Part shown: piece by piece, positions 49,934 to 60,768 of the stretch
Numbering within the stretch: the first letter of the stretch is position 1
Layout: every line of letters begins with the position of its first letter
Origin: an uncultured virus (IMG/VR IMGVR_UViG_3300009785_002875)
Taxonomy: Duplodnaviria > Heunggongvirae > Uroviricota > Caudoviricetes
DNA length: 64,000 nucleotides
Direction: 5' to 3' (one strand)
Virus record (IMG/VR): IMGVR_UViG_3300009785_002875
The notes under the pieces: generated by a model
Told to the model about the DNA's origin: nothing
The model's input: the letters and a program-made list of their open reading frames with translations, nothing else
Database searches by the model: none
Translations under genes and position numbers: made by a program

Positions 49934-49957
49934 AAAAACCCCACGTTTGTGGGGCTT
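49934..49957 (-). terminator. Intrinsic terminator after dnaK
   Basis: Minus strand GCCCCAC-AAAC-GTGGGGT-TTTT. Confidence 0.75.
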
Positions 49958-49968
49958 TAATTGTAATT

Positions 49969-51831
49969 TTATTTAACTTCTTCGTAGTCGACATCAGTTA
50001 CCTCGTCTTTAGTTGGGTCTGGGTCTGGGTCGTTCGTATCTTGGTATAACTTACCGCTAATTTCTTGCCAAGTCTCATTTAACTTTTCCGTTAAGTCTTC
50101 AACACCTACCATATCCTCACCATCACAAACCGTTTTAAGTTCTTTGATTATGTTTTCTAAACGAGATTTGTCTAATTCTTCCAACTTATCACCAAACTCA
50201 ACGAGTTGTTTTTCTGTTTGGAATATCAATGTGTCAGCTTCATTAAGTTTCTGAGTTTTTTCTAGTTTTTCTGCGTCAGCCTCTGCATTTGCCTCAGCTT
50301 CTTTTTTCATTCTTTCAACCTCCTCATCAGATAAACTACTACCAGATTCAATTTTTATGGAATGTTCTTTACCAGTTCCCTTGTCTACAGCTTTAACGTT
50401 AATAATCCCATTTGCGTCAATATCAAAAGTAACCTCTATTTGTGGGATTCCTCTTGGTGATGGTGGTATATCACTTAGTTGAAATCTTCCTAGGGTTCTA
50501 TTATCACCCGCCATTGGTCTTTCTCCTTGAACAACATGTATATCTACTGTTGGTTGATTATCTACAGCTGTAGAAAATACTTGACTTTTAGAGGTTGGGA
50601 TGGTTGTGTTTGACTCTATTAATTTTGTCATTACTTGACCCATAGTCTCAATACCTAAAGATAGTGGTGTTACGTCTAATAACAATACGTCATTTACGTC
50701 ACCAGATAAAACACCACCCTGTATCGCAGCTCCCATAGCTACAACTTCATCCGGGTTAACCCCCTTTGATGGTTTTTTCTTAAATAGTTTTTCTACTGCT
50801 TTTTGTACTGCTGGTATTCTTGTGGAACCACCAACTAATAAAATTTCATCAATATCACTTACTTTTACCCCAGCATCTTTAATCGCTTTTCTACACGGTG
50901 TTAAACTTCTCTTAATTAAATCCTCAACCATAGATTCAAATTTAGCTCTAGACAATGTACGTACCAAATGTTTAGGTCCACTACTATCTGCTGTGATATA
51001 TGGTAGGTTAATTTCAGTTGTTGCCGCGTTTGACAACTCTACCTTCGCTTTTTCAGCTGACTCTCTCAGTCTTTGTAGTGCAGATGGGTCACCCGTTAGG
51101 TCCATACCACTTTCACTTTTAAATTCTTCCACTAACCAATCTATAATTTTTTCATCGAAATTATCCCCACCTAAGTGTGTATCACCATTAGTCGATTTAA
51201 CTTCAAAGACACCATCACCTAACTCTAAAATAGACACATCAAAAGTTCCACCACCAAGGTCGTAGACCGCGACAGTCATATCCTTATCTTTCTTATCCAT
51301 ACCATAAGCTAATGCAGCTGCTGTTGGTTCGTTTATAATTCTTAGTACGTTTAGTCCTGCTATTTCACCGGCTTCCTTAGTTGCGTTTCTTTGTTCATCA
51401 TTAAAATAAGCTGGTACTGTTATTACAGCATCTGTTACTTTTTCGCCCAAATACTCCTCAGCTGTCTTCTTTAGATTTTGTAAAACCACAGCAGAAATTT
51501 CCTGTGGGACATAAGATTTATCGTCAAGTTTTATAGTTACAATATCTTTTATTCCTTTAACTACTGAGTAAGGCATTTTTTTTGCTTCTTTACTTACTTC
51601 ACTAAACTTACTCCCTATAAACCTTTTTACCGAATATACCGTGTTTGTTGGGTTGGTTACAGCTTGTCTTTTTGCTGGGTCCCCAACACTACGGTCACCA
51701 TCTTTAAATGATACAATAGAAGGTGTTGTTCTTTTACCTTCTGCATTCACCACAATAACCGGTGAATTTCCCTCAATTACAGAGACACACGAATTAGTGG
51801 TCCCTAAATCAATTCCAATTACTTTTCCCAT
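49969..51831 (-). CDS. dnaK: Hsp70 chaperone DnaK
   Basis: [33 protein letters not shown]-terminal [10 protein letters not shown]. Confidence 0.97.
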   Translation of the reverse strand: MGKVIGIDLGTTNSCVSVIEGNSPVIVVNAEGKRTTPSIVSFKDGDRSVGDPAKRQAVTNPTNTVYSVKRFIGSKFSEVSKEAKKMPYSVVKGIKDIVTIKLDDKSYVPQEISAVVLQNLKKTAEEYLGEKVTDAVITVPAYFNDEQRNATKEAGEIAGLNVLRIINEPTAAALAYGMDKKDKDMTVAVYDLGGGTFDVSILELGDGVFEVKSTNGDTHLGGDNFDEKIIDWLVEEFKSESGMDLTGDPSALQRLRESAEKAKVELSNAATTEINLPYITADSSGPKHLVRTLSRAKFESMVEDLIKRSLTPCRKAIKDAGVKVSDIDEILLVGGSTRIPAVQKAVEKLFKKKPSKGVNPDEVVAMGAAIQGGVLSGDVNDVLLLDVTPLSLGIETMGQVMTKLIESNTTIPTSKSQVFSTAVDNQPTVDIHVVQGERPMAGDNRTLGRFQLSDIPPSPRGIPQIEVTFDIDANGIINVKAVDKGTGKEHSIKIESGSSLSDEEVERMKKEAEANAEADAEKLEKTQKLNEADTLIFQTEKQLVEFGDKLEELDKSRLENIIKELKTVCDGEDMVGVEDLTEKLNETWQEISGKLYQDTNDPDPDPTKDEVTDVDYEEVK

Positions 51832-52013
51832 CTTTAATTAATTTTTTTATTTATTTATTTATGAAATTACTTTCATTAGTTTTATAGTACAATTACCATA
51901 CCAAGGTTAATAAATAATAACTCTAATGTCAACCTGACAATTTTATATGTCATAGTGTCAGTGGTTGATTATTGTCGTAAATAAATTAAATTTAACTATA
52001 AAAATAAATATAT

Positions 52014-54029
52014 ATGTCAGAAATAGATGAAGGACCAAGACCACCAAGAGGTGAGTCAAGAGGTGAATCTAATGGTTCGTCAACACCAATACTAGATAAT
52101 TTTTCTAGTGATTTAACTAAGTTAGCTTCTTTAGGTAAATTAGACCCTGTAATTGGTAGGAGTAATGAAATTAGGAGGATAGCTCAAACACTTTCAAGGA
52201 GAAAGAAAAATAACCCAATATTAATAGGTGAACCCGGATGTGGCAAAACAGCGATAGTAGAAGGTTTGGCTATGATGGTGTTTGAGGGTAGGTGCCCTAG
52301 AAACTTATTAGATAAAAGAATAGTTTCTTTGGAATTAACCTCCCTTGTTGCTGGTACAAAATATAGAGGCCAATTTGAGGAACGAATGAAGGCTGTGTTA
52401 GACGAATTAAAAGACAATAGTGAGATAATAATTTTCATAGATGAGATACACACAGTTGTCGGCACCGGTAACTCCTCTGGTAGTTTAGATGCTGCTAACA
52501 TATTTAAACCAGCTTTAGCTAGGGGTGAAGTTCAATGTGTTGGGGCTACAACATTGGATGAGTATAGGGAAAAAATAGAGAAAGACGGAGCTCTAGATAG
52601 AAGGTTTCAAAAAGTACATATAAACCCAACTACCACTAGTGAGACCTTTGAGATATTAAAAAATATAAAACATAAGTATGAGGACCACCATAAGGTAATC
52701 TATTCTGATGAGACACTGGAGATGTGTGTACAACTATCAGATAGATATATCACAGAACGTGAATTTCCAGATAAAGCTATAGACATTCTAGATGAAGTAG
52801 GGTCTAAAGTTCAATTAAACCTAAAATACCCCAAAACGATAGAGACTTTAAAAAAACAAATCGTTGAGGTTAGGAATGAAAAATTAGAGGTTGTCCAATC
52901 ACAAAAATATGAGAAAGCAGCGGAAATTAGGGATAGTGAAAAAAAATTAGTTAGTCGGTTAGTTAATACTAAGTTGGAGTGGGAAAAGAAACAAGAACTT
53001 AATAGAATCCCTATAACCGTTGATGACGTTTTATCTGTGGTTTCGGAAATAACTAAGATACCTTTATATAGGTTAAGTTCTAAAGATAAGACTCAACTAC
53101 TTAATTTAGAAAGTAAACTTAAAAAACACGTAATTGGTCAGTCTGAAGCTATTAAAAAGGTTTCTAAGTCTGTTAGGCGTAATAGTGTTGGTATTCGTGA
53201 TACTAAAAAACCTATTGGTTCTTTTATATTTCTAGGCCCTACTGGTGTGGGTAAAACACACTTAGCTAAAAAATTATCATTAGAAGTTTTCGGTAGTGAA
53301 GAATCTGTAATACGTGTAGACATGTCAGAATACCAAGAAAAACATTCTATGTCTAGGTTAATAGGTTCTCCTCCTGGTTATGTGGGTTATAATGAAGGTG
53401 GTCAGTTAACAGAGAAAATTAGATTAAACCCCTATTCTTTAGTTTTATTCGATGAAATAGAAAAAGCTCATAGTGATGTGTTTAATTTAATGTTACAAAT
53501 ATTAGACGATGGTTATGTTACCGACGCTTCTGGTAGAAAGGTTAATTTTAAAAATACTTTAATTATTATGACATCCAATATTGGGATTAAACAAGCTATT
53601 GATTTTGGTAGTGGTATTGGGTTTTCTACTAAGTCTAAGAAAAATAAGGAGGAGGAACACACCCGTTCAATAATATCTAAAGCATTAAAAAATACTTTCA
53701 ACCCAGAATTTTTAAATAGGTTAGACGCTATAATAACGTTTAACTCATTAAAAAAAGACGATTTAAAAAAAATTGTTAAGTTAGAGTTGGATGGTTTACG
53801 GGTTAGGTTATGTGAAAAGAAGTACCTATTCAATTTTGGACCAACTATAGTCACACACATAGTAGAAAGTGGGTACGATGAAAAGTATGGAGCTAGACCA
53901 TTACAAAGAACAATACAAACAGAGGTGGAGGATTTTATTTCTGAAGAAATTCTAAAAGGTACCATACTAGAAAATACCAACTACACCTTAAGTTATAATA
54001 AAAAAACAGAAAAGGTAAAAATAAAGTAA
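52014..54029 (+). CDS. clpC: ClpC-like AAA+ ATPase lacking the N-terminal Clp domain
   Basis: Two Walker A motifs (GEPGCGKT, GPTGVGKT), UVR-like M-domain YEKAAEIRD, IGF loop (SGIGFS). Confidence 0.88.
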   Translation: MSEIDEGPRPPRGESRGESNGSSTPILDNFSSDLTKLASLGKLDPVIGRSNEIRRIAQTLSRRKKNNPILIGEPGCGKTAIVEGLAMMVFEGRCPRNLLDKRIVSLELTSLVAGTKYRGQFEERMKAVLDELKDNSEIIIFIDEIHTVVGTGNSSGSLDAANIFKPALARGEVQCVGATTLDEYREKIEKDGALDRRFQKVHINPTTTSETFEILKNIKHKYEDHHKVIYSDETLEMCVQLSDRYITEREFPDKAIDILDEVGSKVQLNLKYPKTIETLKKQIVEVRNEKLEVVQSQKYEKAAEIRDSEKKLVSRLVNTKLEWEKKQELNRIPITVDDVLSVVSEITKIPLYRLSSKDKTQLLNLESKLKKHVIGQSEAIKKVSKSVRRNSVGIRDTKKPIGSFIFLGPTGVGKTHLAKKLSLEVFGSEESVIRVDMSEYQEKHSMSRLIGSPPGYVGYNEGGQLTEKIRLNPYSLVLFDEIEKAHSDVFNLMLQILDDGYVTDASGRKVNFKNTLIIMTSNIGIKQAIDFGSGIGFSTKSKKNKEEEHTRSIISKALKNTFNPEFLNRLDAIITFNSLKKDDLKKIVKLELDGLRVRLCEKKYLFNFGPTIVTHIVESGYDEKYGARPLQRTIQTEVEDFISEEILKGTILENTNYTLSYNKKTEKVKIK

Positions 54030-54036
54030 CATTATC

Positions 54037-54066
54037 TTTGTAGTTTGTAACAAATGTCTATCTTTG
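54037..54066 (+). promoter_or_regulatory. Bacteroidota housekeeping-type promoter
   Basis: TTTG (54037-40), N18, TATCTTTG (54059-66). Confidence 0.6.
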
Positions 54067-54080
54067 TCGTATAATTAGAT

Positions 54081-54551
54081 ATGAGAAAACTACCAAAGAA
54101 AATACAAAGTATAATTAAGAAAAAAACCTTTTCTTTGGATACTCTACAGGACCAATGTAATTGGAGGGGTGGAGTATTAATTGATTACCGTATAACGATG
54201 GTTAAAGCTAATGAGGAGGAGGTATATGGATATTTAAACCCAATGAATAATCAATGGGGATACAACTACGTAAATATAAAAGTTAAGGGTGTTGCACAAA
54301 TGAGAGGAAGGGGTGAAGAATTAAAAAAGCTTGTTGAGATTGGAAAAGCTACTAGAACTAAAAAAACTTACTGGGGTGGTTATGAAACAAAAGCTGATTA
54401 TGTTTGGGGTCCTCAAGTAAACAAAAAAATTCGTACTGAAATTCGTAAAAAAACACAGAAAGATGTTAGGGACTTTTTAAAGTTGTTGGGGTGTATCACA
54501 GAATCGTGGGATGGTGGAATTAAAATCGGAACAATATCTTGGGAAAAATAG
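54081..54551 (+). CDS. Hypothetical protein
   Basis: 156-aa basic ORF. Confidence 0.6.
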   Translation: MRKLPKKIQSIIKKKTFSLDTLQDQCNWRGGVLIDYRITMVKANEEEVYGYLNPMNNQWGYNYVNIKVKGVAQMRGRGEELKKLVEIGKATRTKKTYWGGYETKADYVWGPQVNKKIRTEIRKKTQKDVRDFLKLLGCITESWDGGIKIGTISWEK

Positions 54552-54553
54552 TT

Positions 54554-55441
54554 TTATTTAAAGTTTTCTAGGAAAGGCCATATCTCATCATCTTTTATAA
54601 TTTTTGTTATTGATGGGAATAACCAAGGAGAAATATTAGACATTTTCTGACCTTTATTTAACCAAATAAATACTTGTTGATTTTTTAAAGCTGATACTTG
54701 AGCTTCACCAAATGTTCCTGCACCAGCAGTACCGTCAAAACTAACCAAATTAGTATCACACACTTGTAACATATATAAATCTTGGTGGACTATCTGTGCT
54801 CTAATTTTTTCCTTAAAAATTATCATATCTTCATCAGTTAGTTCGTTAGATTTCCACCTTCCGAACATTTCTTGGAATTCTGGGTCTTCAGCTCTAACGG
54901 TCTCAGCTCTTAATGGGTTTAATATTGCTGGTGTTTTTAAACCTGAAAAACTTAAATCACCACTTGTAACCAACTCAAACAACCTCTCATCTTTAACAAC
55001 ATTATTAACACCAAAAAACTCCTCAACTCTAGTCCTCCAAGAAGCCCCATCTTCAGCAAAATCTATACCCCCACCTAGATACATAGCTTTAGGTTTAAAT
55101 ATACCTTGTAAGTCTGTTGGGTCTAGTACTTTTAACATTCCAATAGTCTCTTTTATCTCAGACATCGATGCGTTAATTAGGTAGTTGGTGGCTTTATCGG
55201 TGATATACCTCTTAAACCATTTAAATATTTTACCAATAGTGGATGAAGCTCTCATTTCTGGCACTCCCTTATAATTTATTTGTTCTTCTATATTTTCTGA
55301 TTTTTTTATACTCGATAACGTTTCCAAACCTCTCAACATAGCTTTTCTTTCACCCAAAGGTAATTCAAAAATTTCGTCGTTAAACTGATTTACATCAGCT
55401 TGTGATTGTTCTCTTAAGACTTTTTTAATTACATTCTTCAT
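54554..55441 (-). CDS. Nucleoside 2-deoxyribosyltransferase/dNMP N-glycosidase-like protein with N-terminal extension
   Basis: MYLGGGI..WR, LNPLR, DLYMLQVCD, GAGTFGE. Confidence 0.65.
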   Translation of the reverse strand: MKNVIKKVLREQSQADVNQFNDEIFELPLGERKAMLRGLETLSSIKKSENIEEQINYKGVPEMRASSTIGKIFKWFKRYITDKATNYLINASMSEIKETIGMLKVLDPTDLQGIFKPKAMYLGGGIDFAEDGASWRTRVEEFFGVNNVVKDERLFELVTSGDLSFSGLKTPAILNPLRAETVRAEDPEFQEMFGRWKSNELTDEDMIIFKEKIRAQIVHQDLYMLQVCDTNLVSFDGTAGAGTFGEAQVSALKNQQVFIWLNKGQKMSNISPWLFPSITKIIKDDEIWPFLENFK

Positions 55442-55453
55442 TTAAACTAACTT

Positions 55454-56263
55454 TTAATAATCTTTATTTGTTTTTTGACCTAACATTATTTCCTTTGCTG
55501 CTGATGTTCCAATTCTGGAAGCTCCAGCATTAACCATAGACAAAACATCATCTTTACTATAAATACCACCAGACGCTTTAACCTTCAAAGGCCCAGCATT
55601 TTGTGATATTGTTGATACGTCGTCAATTGTTGCACCACCAGGACTACCATCTTCAGGCGTAAAAAAACCAGTAGAAGTTTTAACAAAAACATTACTAGCT
55701 TTTTCAATACCAACACTTTGTATTACTATTTCACTAATTAATCTTGTAAGTTCAGCTATTTGTTCACTTGTTAAAGCTGCTGATTCTATAATCCATTTTA
55801 CTGATTTACCAGCATCAATACCAATAGCTGTCCCTTCACTAACCTCATATTTAATTGTATCTAATTCACCATCTTTAAAAGCTTTATAATCCACAACAAA
55901 ATCTAATTCATCCACACCGTCTTGTATAGCTTGTATAGCTTCGTCCAGTTTTTCACCAAGACTATCATCACCGTTTGGAAACCCTATTACGGTACCAACC
56001 AATACGTTAGCTCCTTGGCTATCTATGAATTCACGTGCTGTTTTAACATATTCTGGCCTTATCATAACTAATTTCATGTTATGTTCTATAGCATCTTTAA
56101 TCGTATCAAATATTATTAAATCAGTTTCATCATCTGAAATACCAGCTTGTTCTGGTGTTTTTAGGTAGGTTGAGTCCATATATTTACCAAAACCTTCGTC
56201 TTCTTCTTTTATAAAAAGTAATTCTTTAATTCTACTTATCTCTTCTTTTAATACATTAATCAT
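55454..56263 (-). CDS. deoC: Deoxyribose-phosphate aldolase
   Basis: DSTYLK, TVIGFPNG, DELDFV, FVKTSTGF, VKASGGI, GASRIGTS. Confidence 0.93.
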   Translation of the reverse strand: MINVLKEEISRIKELLFIKEEDEGFGKYMDSTYLKTPEQAGISDDETDLIIFDTIKDAIEHNMKLVMIRPEYVKTAREFIDSQGANVLVGTVIGFPNGDDSLGEKLDEAIQAIQDGVDELDFVVDYKAFKDGELDTIKYEVSEGTAIGIDAGKSVKWIIESAALTSEQIAELTRLISEIVIQSVGIEKASNVFVKTSTGFFTPEDGSPGGATIDDVSTISQNAGPLKVKASGGIYSKDDVLSMVNAGASRIGTSAAKEIMLGQKTNKDY

Positions 56264-56277
56264 ATTAATAAATATAA

Positions 56278-56309
56278 TTTGTTTAATTCAAATTTTTTTG
56301 TTATCTTTG
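56278..56309 (+). promoter_or_regulatory. Bacteroidota housekeeping-type promoter
   Basis: TTTG (56278-81), N20, TATCTTTG (56302-09), 4 nt before ATG 56314. Confidence 0.65.
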
Positions 56310-56313
56310 TAGT

Positions 56314-57120
56314 ATGAAAGAAAAACTTAAAAATATATTGTCGGTCCCAACTTATACGTGGGAGGAAGACCAACTAATCACATATCTTACTAATATCCTG
56401 GAAGAAAAAGGTTATCCTTATTATCTAGATGACCTAGGTTCCATTTATATCACTAAGGGTAAGTCTGAGTATTATCCGTGTCTAGTCGCTCATTTAGATA
56501 GTGTACACCAAATAAAAGAGTATAAGGTTGTTGAGGAGTCTCAGTTAAACGCACAGGGTGAGGATAAACCATCTTTAGTGGGTTATGACTCGGTAACCGG
56601 TGAACGATGTGGTGTTGGTGGTGATGATAAAGCTGGGGTCTTTATATGTTTGGAGTTATTAGATAAATTTGACAATATCAAGGCATTCTTTCCTGTCGCT
56701 GAAGAAATCGGTTGTAAGGGTAGTAAGGCAGCTGACGAATCTTTCTTTAAGGATGTTGGTTACGCTGTACAATTCGATTCCACAGAAAATAACACCATGA
56801 GTAAGACTCTTTTAGGTGTGGAGTTATATGAAGACGGTGGTGAATTTATTAATAAGTGTAAGGGGTTAATATTAGAACACGGTATTAGTGAATGGAAACA
56901 CCACCCATATACAGACACTATGGTTTTAAAAGAAAGGTTTGATTTTAGTTGTTTAAATTTTGCTGCTGGGTACTATGGTTGGCATTCAAACACTGAATAT
57001 GTTGTAATTGAGGATGTTCAGAACGCTATTAGTTTAGGTGAGAAGGTTATAAACAAACTAGGTAATAAAAAATACCAATATAAACACAAAATAAATAAGT
57101 TTGTTTGGGGTTTAGACTGA
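56314..57120 (+). CDS. M20/M28/M42-type zinc peptidase-like protein
   Basis: AHLDSV, GGDDKAG, AEEIG, QFD, YYGWHSNTE. Confidence 0.8.
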   Translation: MKEKLKNILSVPTYTWEEDQLITYLTNILEEKGYPYYLDDLGSIYITKGKSEYYPCLVAHLDSVHQIKEYKVVEESQLNAQGEDKPSLVGYDSVTGERCGVGGDDKAGVFICLELLDKFDNIKAFFPVAEEIGCKGSKAADESFFKDVGYAVQFDSTENNTMSKTLLGVELYEDGGEFINKCKGLILEHGISEWKHHPYTDTMVLKERFDFSCLNFAAGYYGWHSNTEYVVIEDVQNAISLGEKVINKLGNKKYQYKHKINKFVWGLD

Positions 57121-60100
57121 TTCAAATAACTCTTCTGATGTTACGTAATCAGTTAGTTGGTCTAGTGGGATTCTGTGTCTCTTGTTATAATAGTTAGGAC
57201 CACTAACCTGAAATTCTACTTCATCTGATTTAGGGTTGTAGGATATTAAACTAACTCGTTTTACACCATCAGTATATTCCTTCCCGTCCTTACCCGTTCC
57301 AGGACCCAACTCTATTTCAATTTCAAAGTTTGAATTTTCGTATTTTTTTGCAAACCCCAAATCTTTTATGATTTGTTCATACTTTTCTCTATTATTTAAA
57401 ATTGTTTCTACGTCATCTCCAACATATTCAGTACTATTATCAATAATACTGTTAAGTGCGTAATTAAAGTTAGTCAGACCTTCTTCATCCATATCCCAAG
57501 CATCATAGTATGTTTCATGTAAACCACCATCAATATGATTTATTTCAGTATCTTCTATTTCAGAGAAATTATTAATTTTTTTATCACCTATTATATATAA
57601 TAACTGTGTATATGTTATATCAAGTTTCCATAGTGCATCATTACCACCTTCGAAGTTATATTCCAACACTTTCTCGTTTTGTACTTCCTCTTCCATTGCC
57701 TTCACTCTTGCTCTACCAACTGAACATCCGATAGCATCTAAAAGTTCCCAATAATTGTTCTCCCATATATTAGGGAATAACTCCCCCATCGTGTCATCAA
57801 GTATACCCTCATCTTCCCAATCATAATCATCTGGGTTTTTTCCAAACAGAGTAATTAGATTATCTAACTTTCCTTTATTATCAGCATTCATATGATAACC
57901 AATATATTGTAATTCCTGAGAGTCCATTTCTTCACAATCTGGACTACCCCAATACCGGTTTGCACCAATATCAAAATACCACGCATCATCCTCATCAACC
58001 CCCATATATTTTTCTTTAAAAATGTCGTCAGGTATATAAAGTGATACTCCATCGTCATTAAAACTAATAGTATTAGAAGTAATATATCCATCTGCATTAA
58101 ATTTATCACCCAAAAATTCAGATAATTCCTCTTCTTTTTCATCATTTGGGTACTCAGTCATTCTGTAAACTGCTTCAGCAAACTTATTTGTTTTGGAGTA
58201 ATCTTCTAGTAAGTTTGGGTCTAATTCTACACCATATTTCATTAAATCGAATGTTGAGTATTCTTGGCGGAACATATCGTGTAAGGTTTTTTTATTCGCT
58301 AAAAATCTGTGTATATTTTGCCAATTACTATTACTGTCTTTGATTGTGACATCACCACTAGGTAATCCTGGTACTTTTTCCTTATCCACAAACCAAAACA
58401 GTTCATTTGTGTTTTTATCTTGGAGGACATATGATGTCCCATCACTTTCATAAGTCTTGTGCCCACTTTTACACCAATCAGTGTCTACACCTAACTGACA
58501 AAAACTATAATCGTTTAATGGCCACATATATTTCCAATTATCATCTTCATAAATTGTTTTAATTCTTACTTTTTTTTCTTGTTCGTTTAATGGTCCCCCA
58601 TAGTAGTCCCCATCAGGGCTTGTTTCAGCTTCTATTTCCCCAAGTCTATCACTTAACGAATCATTAATGTCGTAGTCTGGTTGGGAGTATCCATCGAACC
58701 ATTTTGTTTCGGTTTCTAGTTTGTCTCCTTGAGCTCCGTAGTCATAATCTTCAAAAGTGTATTTTTCTTTCATTAACGCCTCAAATAAAATCTGTGGATT
58801 TATGTATGACGGACTAGTGTTCATTAAAATATTTTCTAGAGTTTCTCCCGCGTAATCTGGGTGGTGTTCAAATTTATTTGGGTTGTCCCAATCATCCAAG
58901 TCTAACCAGTTTCTTAAATCACCACTAATCTCCCAAGAGTACGCATTACTCTCAAAACTGTTTTCACCTTCAATTTGGATTAATTTACCATCATCAAAAT
59001 GTTCGGTCAATTTATCTAGGATATCATCTTTCATCGCCACTTTCACAGCGTTTTCACTACCATCACTATGTGCCCATAATATGTGATGTCTAATATCATC
59101 TATTTGTTCGTCATATTTTTCTGTTAGTTTATCAACTTCTTCACTAGAAGACGTTCTATTTAACATATTGTCTGCGTCTGACTTGGATACACCCCCAAAA
59201 ATATTACTTATGGTTTTCCAATTTTTTTCGTCTATATCGTAAGTTATTCCATCATACCACTCATGGTGGTACCAGTCTTCGGAATCCCAAAACGAATCCT
59301 TACCACATAAAAAATTTTCAATATAGTCCATATTGTAATTACTATTATTAATAAACATATTGGCTAAGTCGTAACAATCAAAAGAAAAAGATACTGGTAA
59401 TGGTCTAGTTCCAGATAATATGTAACGTTTCATCAATAACGCATTAATAACAGATGAGTTGGTTGGTATGCCCAATAATTTTAAATCTTCAAATGATACC
59501 CCATCTTCATCCCATTTATTAAATAAAAATTTAACCTGTCTTTCTGATACAGCTTTTTTAACATCTTCAATATCCTCCTCACCAAACTCATCATCCCCTA
59601 ATTCTTTTGGCCAGTCCCATTGTCCTGTTGGGAACATGTTTAATTGATTATCATTTTGTTCACGTAACCTACCTTTCATTTGTAAATCAAATGGTGAGTC
59701 CTGTTCAAACCTATATAAATCTCCAAAACTAACTGTTTGGTCTACCTCAAAAGGTATTTGACTATTAGGCATTCCTGATGATTGTTGTATGTCAACTACT
59801 TTACCAGTAGGTGACATGAATATTACAAATTTCTGTGATGGTCTTCCCCAACCACCTTCTCTAGTGAATGTTGCTTGAATTAAATTTCCTCTAATATTAT
59901 CTGGTATATTTCTTCTTGGTTTACGTCCACCGCCAACAACACTAGATTCAGTTAATACATCATCTGATTTAACATATTTGTCATATGGGTCCATTAAAAT
60001 TCTAACCCCATCATCATATAAGGTACCATCTTCTTCTTCTTCTAATTCTTGAAAATACACCCTTAAAATTGTTATTTCTTCACCATCAGGAGTTTCGTCT

Positions 60101-60768
60101 TGTTGAACCATTTTTACCAAACCAATAGAATAATTTTCTGGTTGGCTATACTCTTCGTCATATTCATCAATTGGAAAGGCGTCATGGTCTATAGATATAA
60201 CCCTAATTGTATCACCTGGTCTTACTTTAGGATTTAGTTCTCTTTTTTTATGTTCATTTAAAGGTTCTAACCCTAGTGTTTCCCAACCTCTATCCCAATC
60301 TGGGAATGTGGTGGGGTTTGTATATTCGATAGCTAACGCTAGAGCTTGACCACTAGATAGTGGAAACACATCTATTATTTTATCTTGTATATAATTTGTT
60401 ATTATGTCAAAATCTTTATTATCCTTTGGGTCGTAGGATATGTCCCCCACCCTACTAGAAAAAACAAACATAAGTAACCCGTCAACATCTTCTTTTCCCA
60501 CCCAACCATCTAGATATTCAAATATTGTTTTTTTAATATTTTTGTGTCTTTTGTTTTTATATAAACTATCCACATGCTCCTGTATTTTATTATAAACTCT
60601 AGGATTCCATTTATGGTCAAAATGGTTAGAATGCAATAGTGTAGCTAATGTGGTGTCCAGATAAAGATTTTTCTTAATCGTTTGGATTTGTTCTACAAGG
60701 TTTTTGTCCTTTGTAGCCATTAAGACTGCTTGAGTCTTTTTTCTTAATTTTTCTAAAAGTATCGACAT
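57112..60768 (-). CDS. Large multi-module acidic protein (1218 aa), likely head-internal
   Basis: Modules separated by LVEQ, LNE, LTE, LREQ, LNEQ; one has GVDTDWC; late motif at 60777-60784. Confidence 0.65.
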   Translation of the reverse strand: MSILLEKLRKKTQAVLMATKDKNLVEQIQTIKKNLYLDTTLATLLHSNHFDHKWNPRVYNKIQEHVDSLYKNKRHKNIKKTIFEYLDGWVGKEDVDGLLMFVFSSRVGDISYDPKDNKDFDIITNYIQDKIIDVFPLSSGQALALAIEYTNPTTFPDWDRGWETLGLEPLNEHKKRELNPKVRPGDTIRVISIDHDAFPIDEYDEEYSQPENYSIGLVKMVQQDETPDGEEITILRVYFQELEEEEDGTLYDDGVRILMDPYDKYVKSDDVLTESSVVGGGRKPRRNIPDNIRGNLIQATFTREGGWGRPSQKFVIFMSPTGKVVDIQQSSGMPNSQIPFEVDQTVSFGDLYRFEQDSPFDLQMKGRLREQNDNQLNMFPTGQWDWPKELGDDEFGEEDIEDVKKAVSERQVKFLFNKWDEDGVSFEDLKLLGIPTNSSVINALLMKRYILSGTRPLPVSFSFDCYDLANMFINNSNYNMDYIENFLCGKDSFWDSEDWYHHEWYDGITYDIDEKNWKTISNIFGGVSKSDADNMLNRTSSSEEVDKLTEKYDEQIDDIRHHILWAHSDGSENAVKVAMKDDILDKLTEHFDDGKLIQIEGENSFESNAYSWEISGDLRNWLDLDDWDNPNKFEHHPDYAGETLENILMNTSPSYINPQILFEALMKEKYTFEDYDYGAQGDKLETETKWFDGYSQPDYDINDSLSDRLGEIEAETSPDGDYYGGPLNEQEKKVRIKTIYEDDNWKYMWPLNDYSFCQLGVDTDWCKSGHKTYESDGTSYVLQDKNTNELFWFVDKEKVPGLPSGDVTIKDSNSNWQNIHRFLANKKTLHDMFRQEYSTFDLMKYGVELDPNLLEDYSKTNKFAEAVYRMTEYPNDEKEEELSEFLGDKFNADGYITSNTISFNDDGVSLYIPDDIFKEKYMGVDEDDAWYFDIGANRYWGSPDCEEMDSQELQYIGYHMNADNKGKLDNLITLFGKNPDDYDWEDEGILDDTMGELFPNIWENNYWELLDAIGCSVGRARVKAMEEEVQNEKVLEYNFEGGNDALWKLDITYTQLLYIIGDKKINNFSEIEDTEINHIDGGLHETYYDAWDMDEEGLTNFNYALNSIIDNSTEYVGDDVETILNNREKYEQIIKDLGFAKKYENSNFEIEIELGPGTGKDGKEYTDGVKRVSLISYNPKSDEVEFQVSGPNYYNKRHRIPLDQLTDYVTSEELFESV

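Noticed and set aside
11333..53980. Numerous opposite-strand ORFs (e.g. 11333, 23977, 36587, 50822, 53513)
   Set aside because: Ser/Ile/Phe-rich shadows of real genes, without recognisable motifs.
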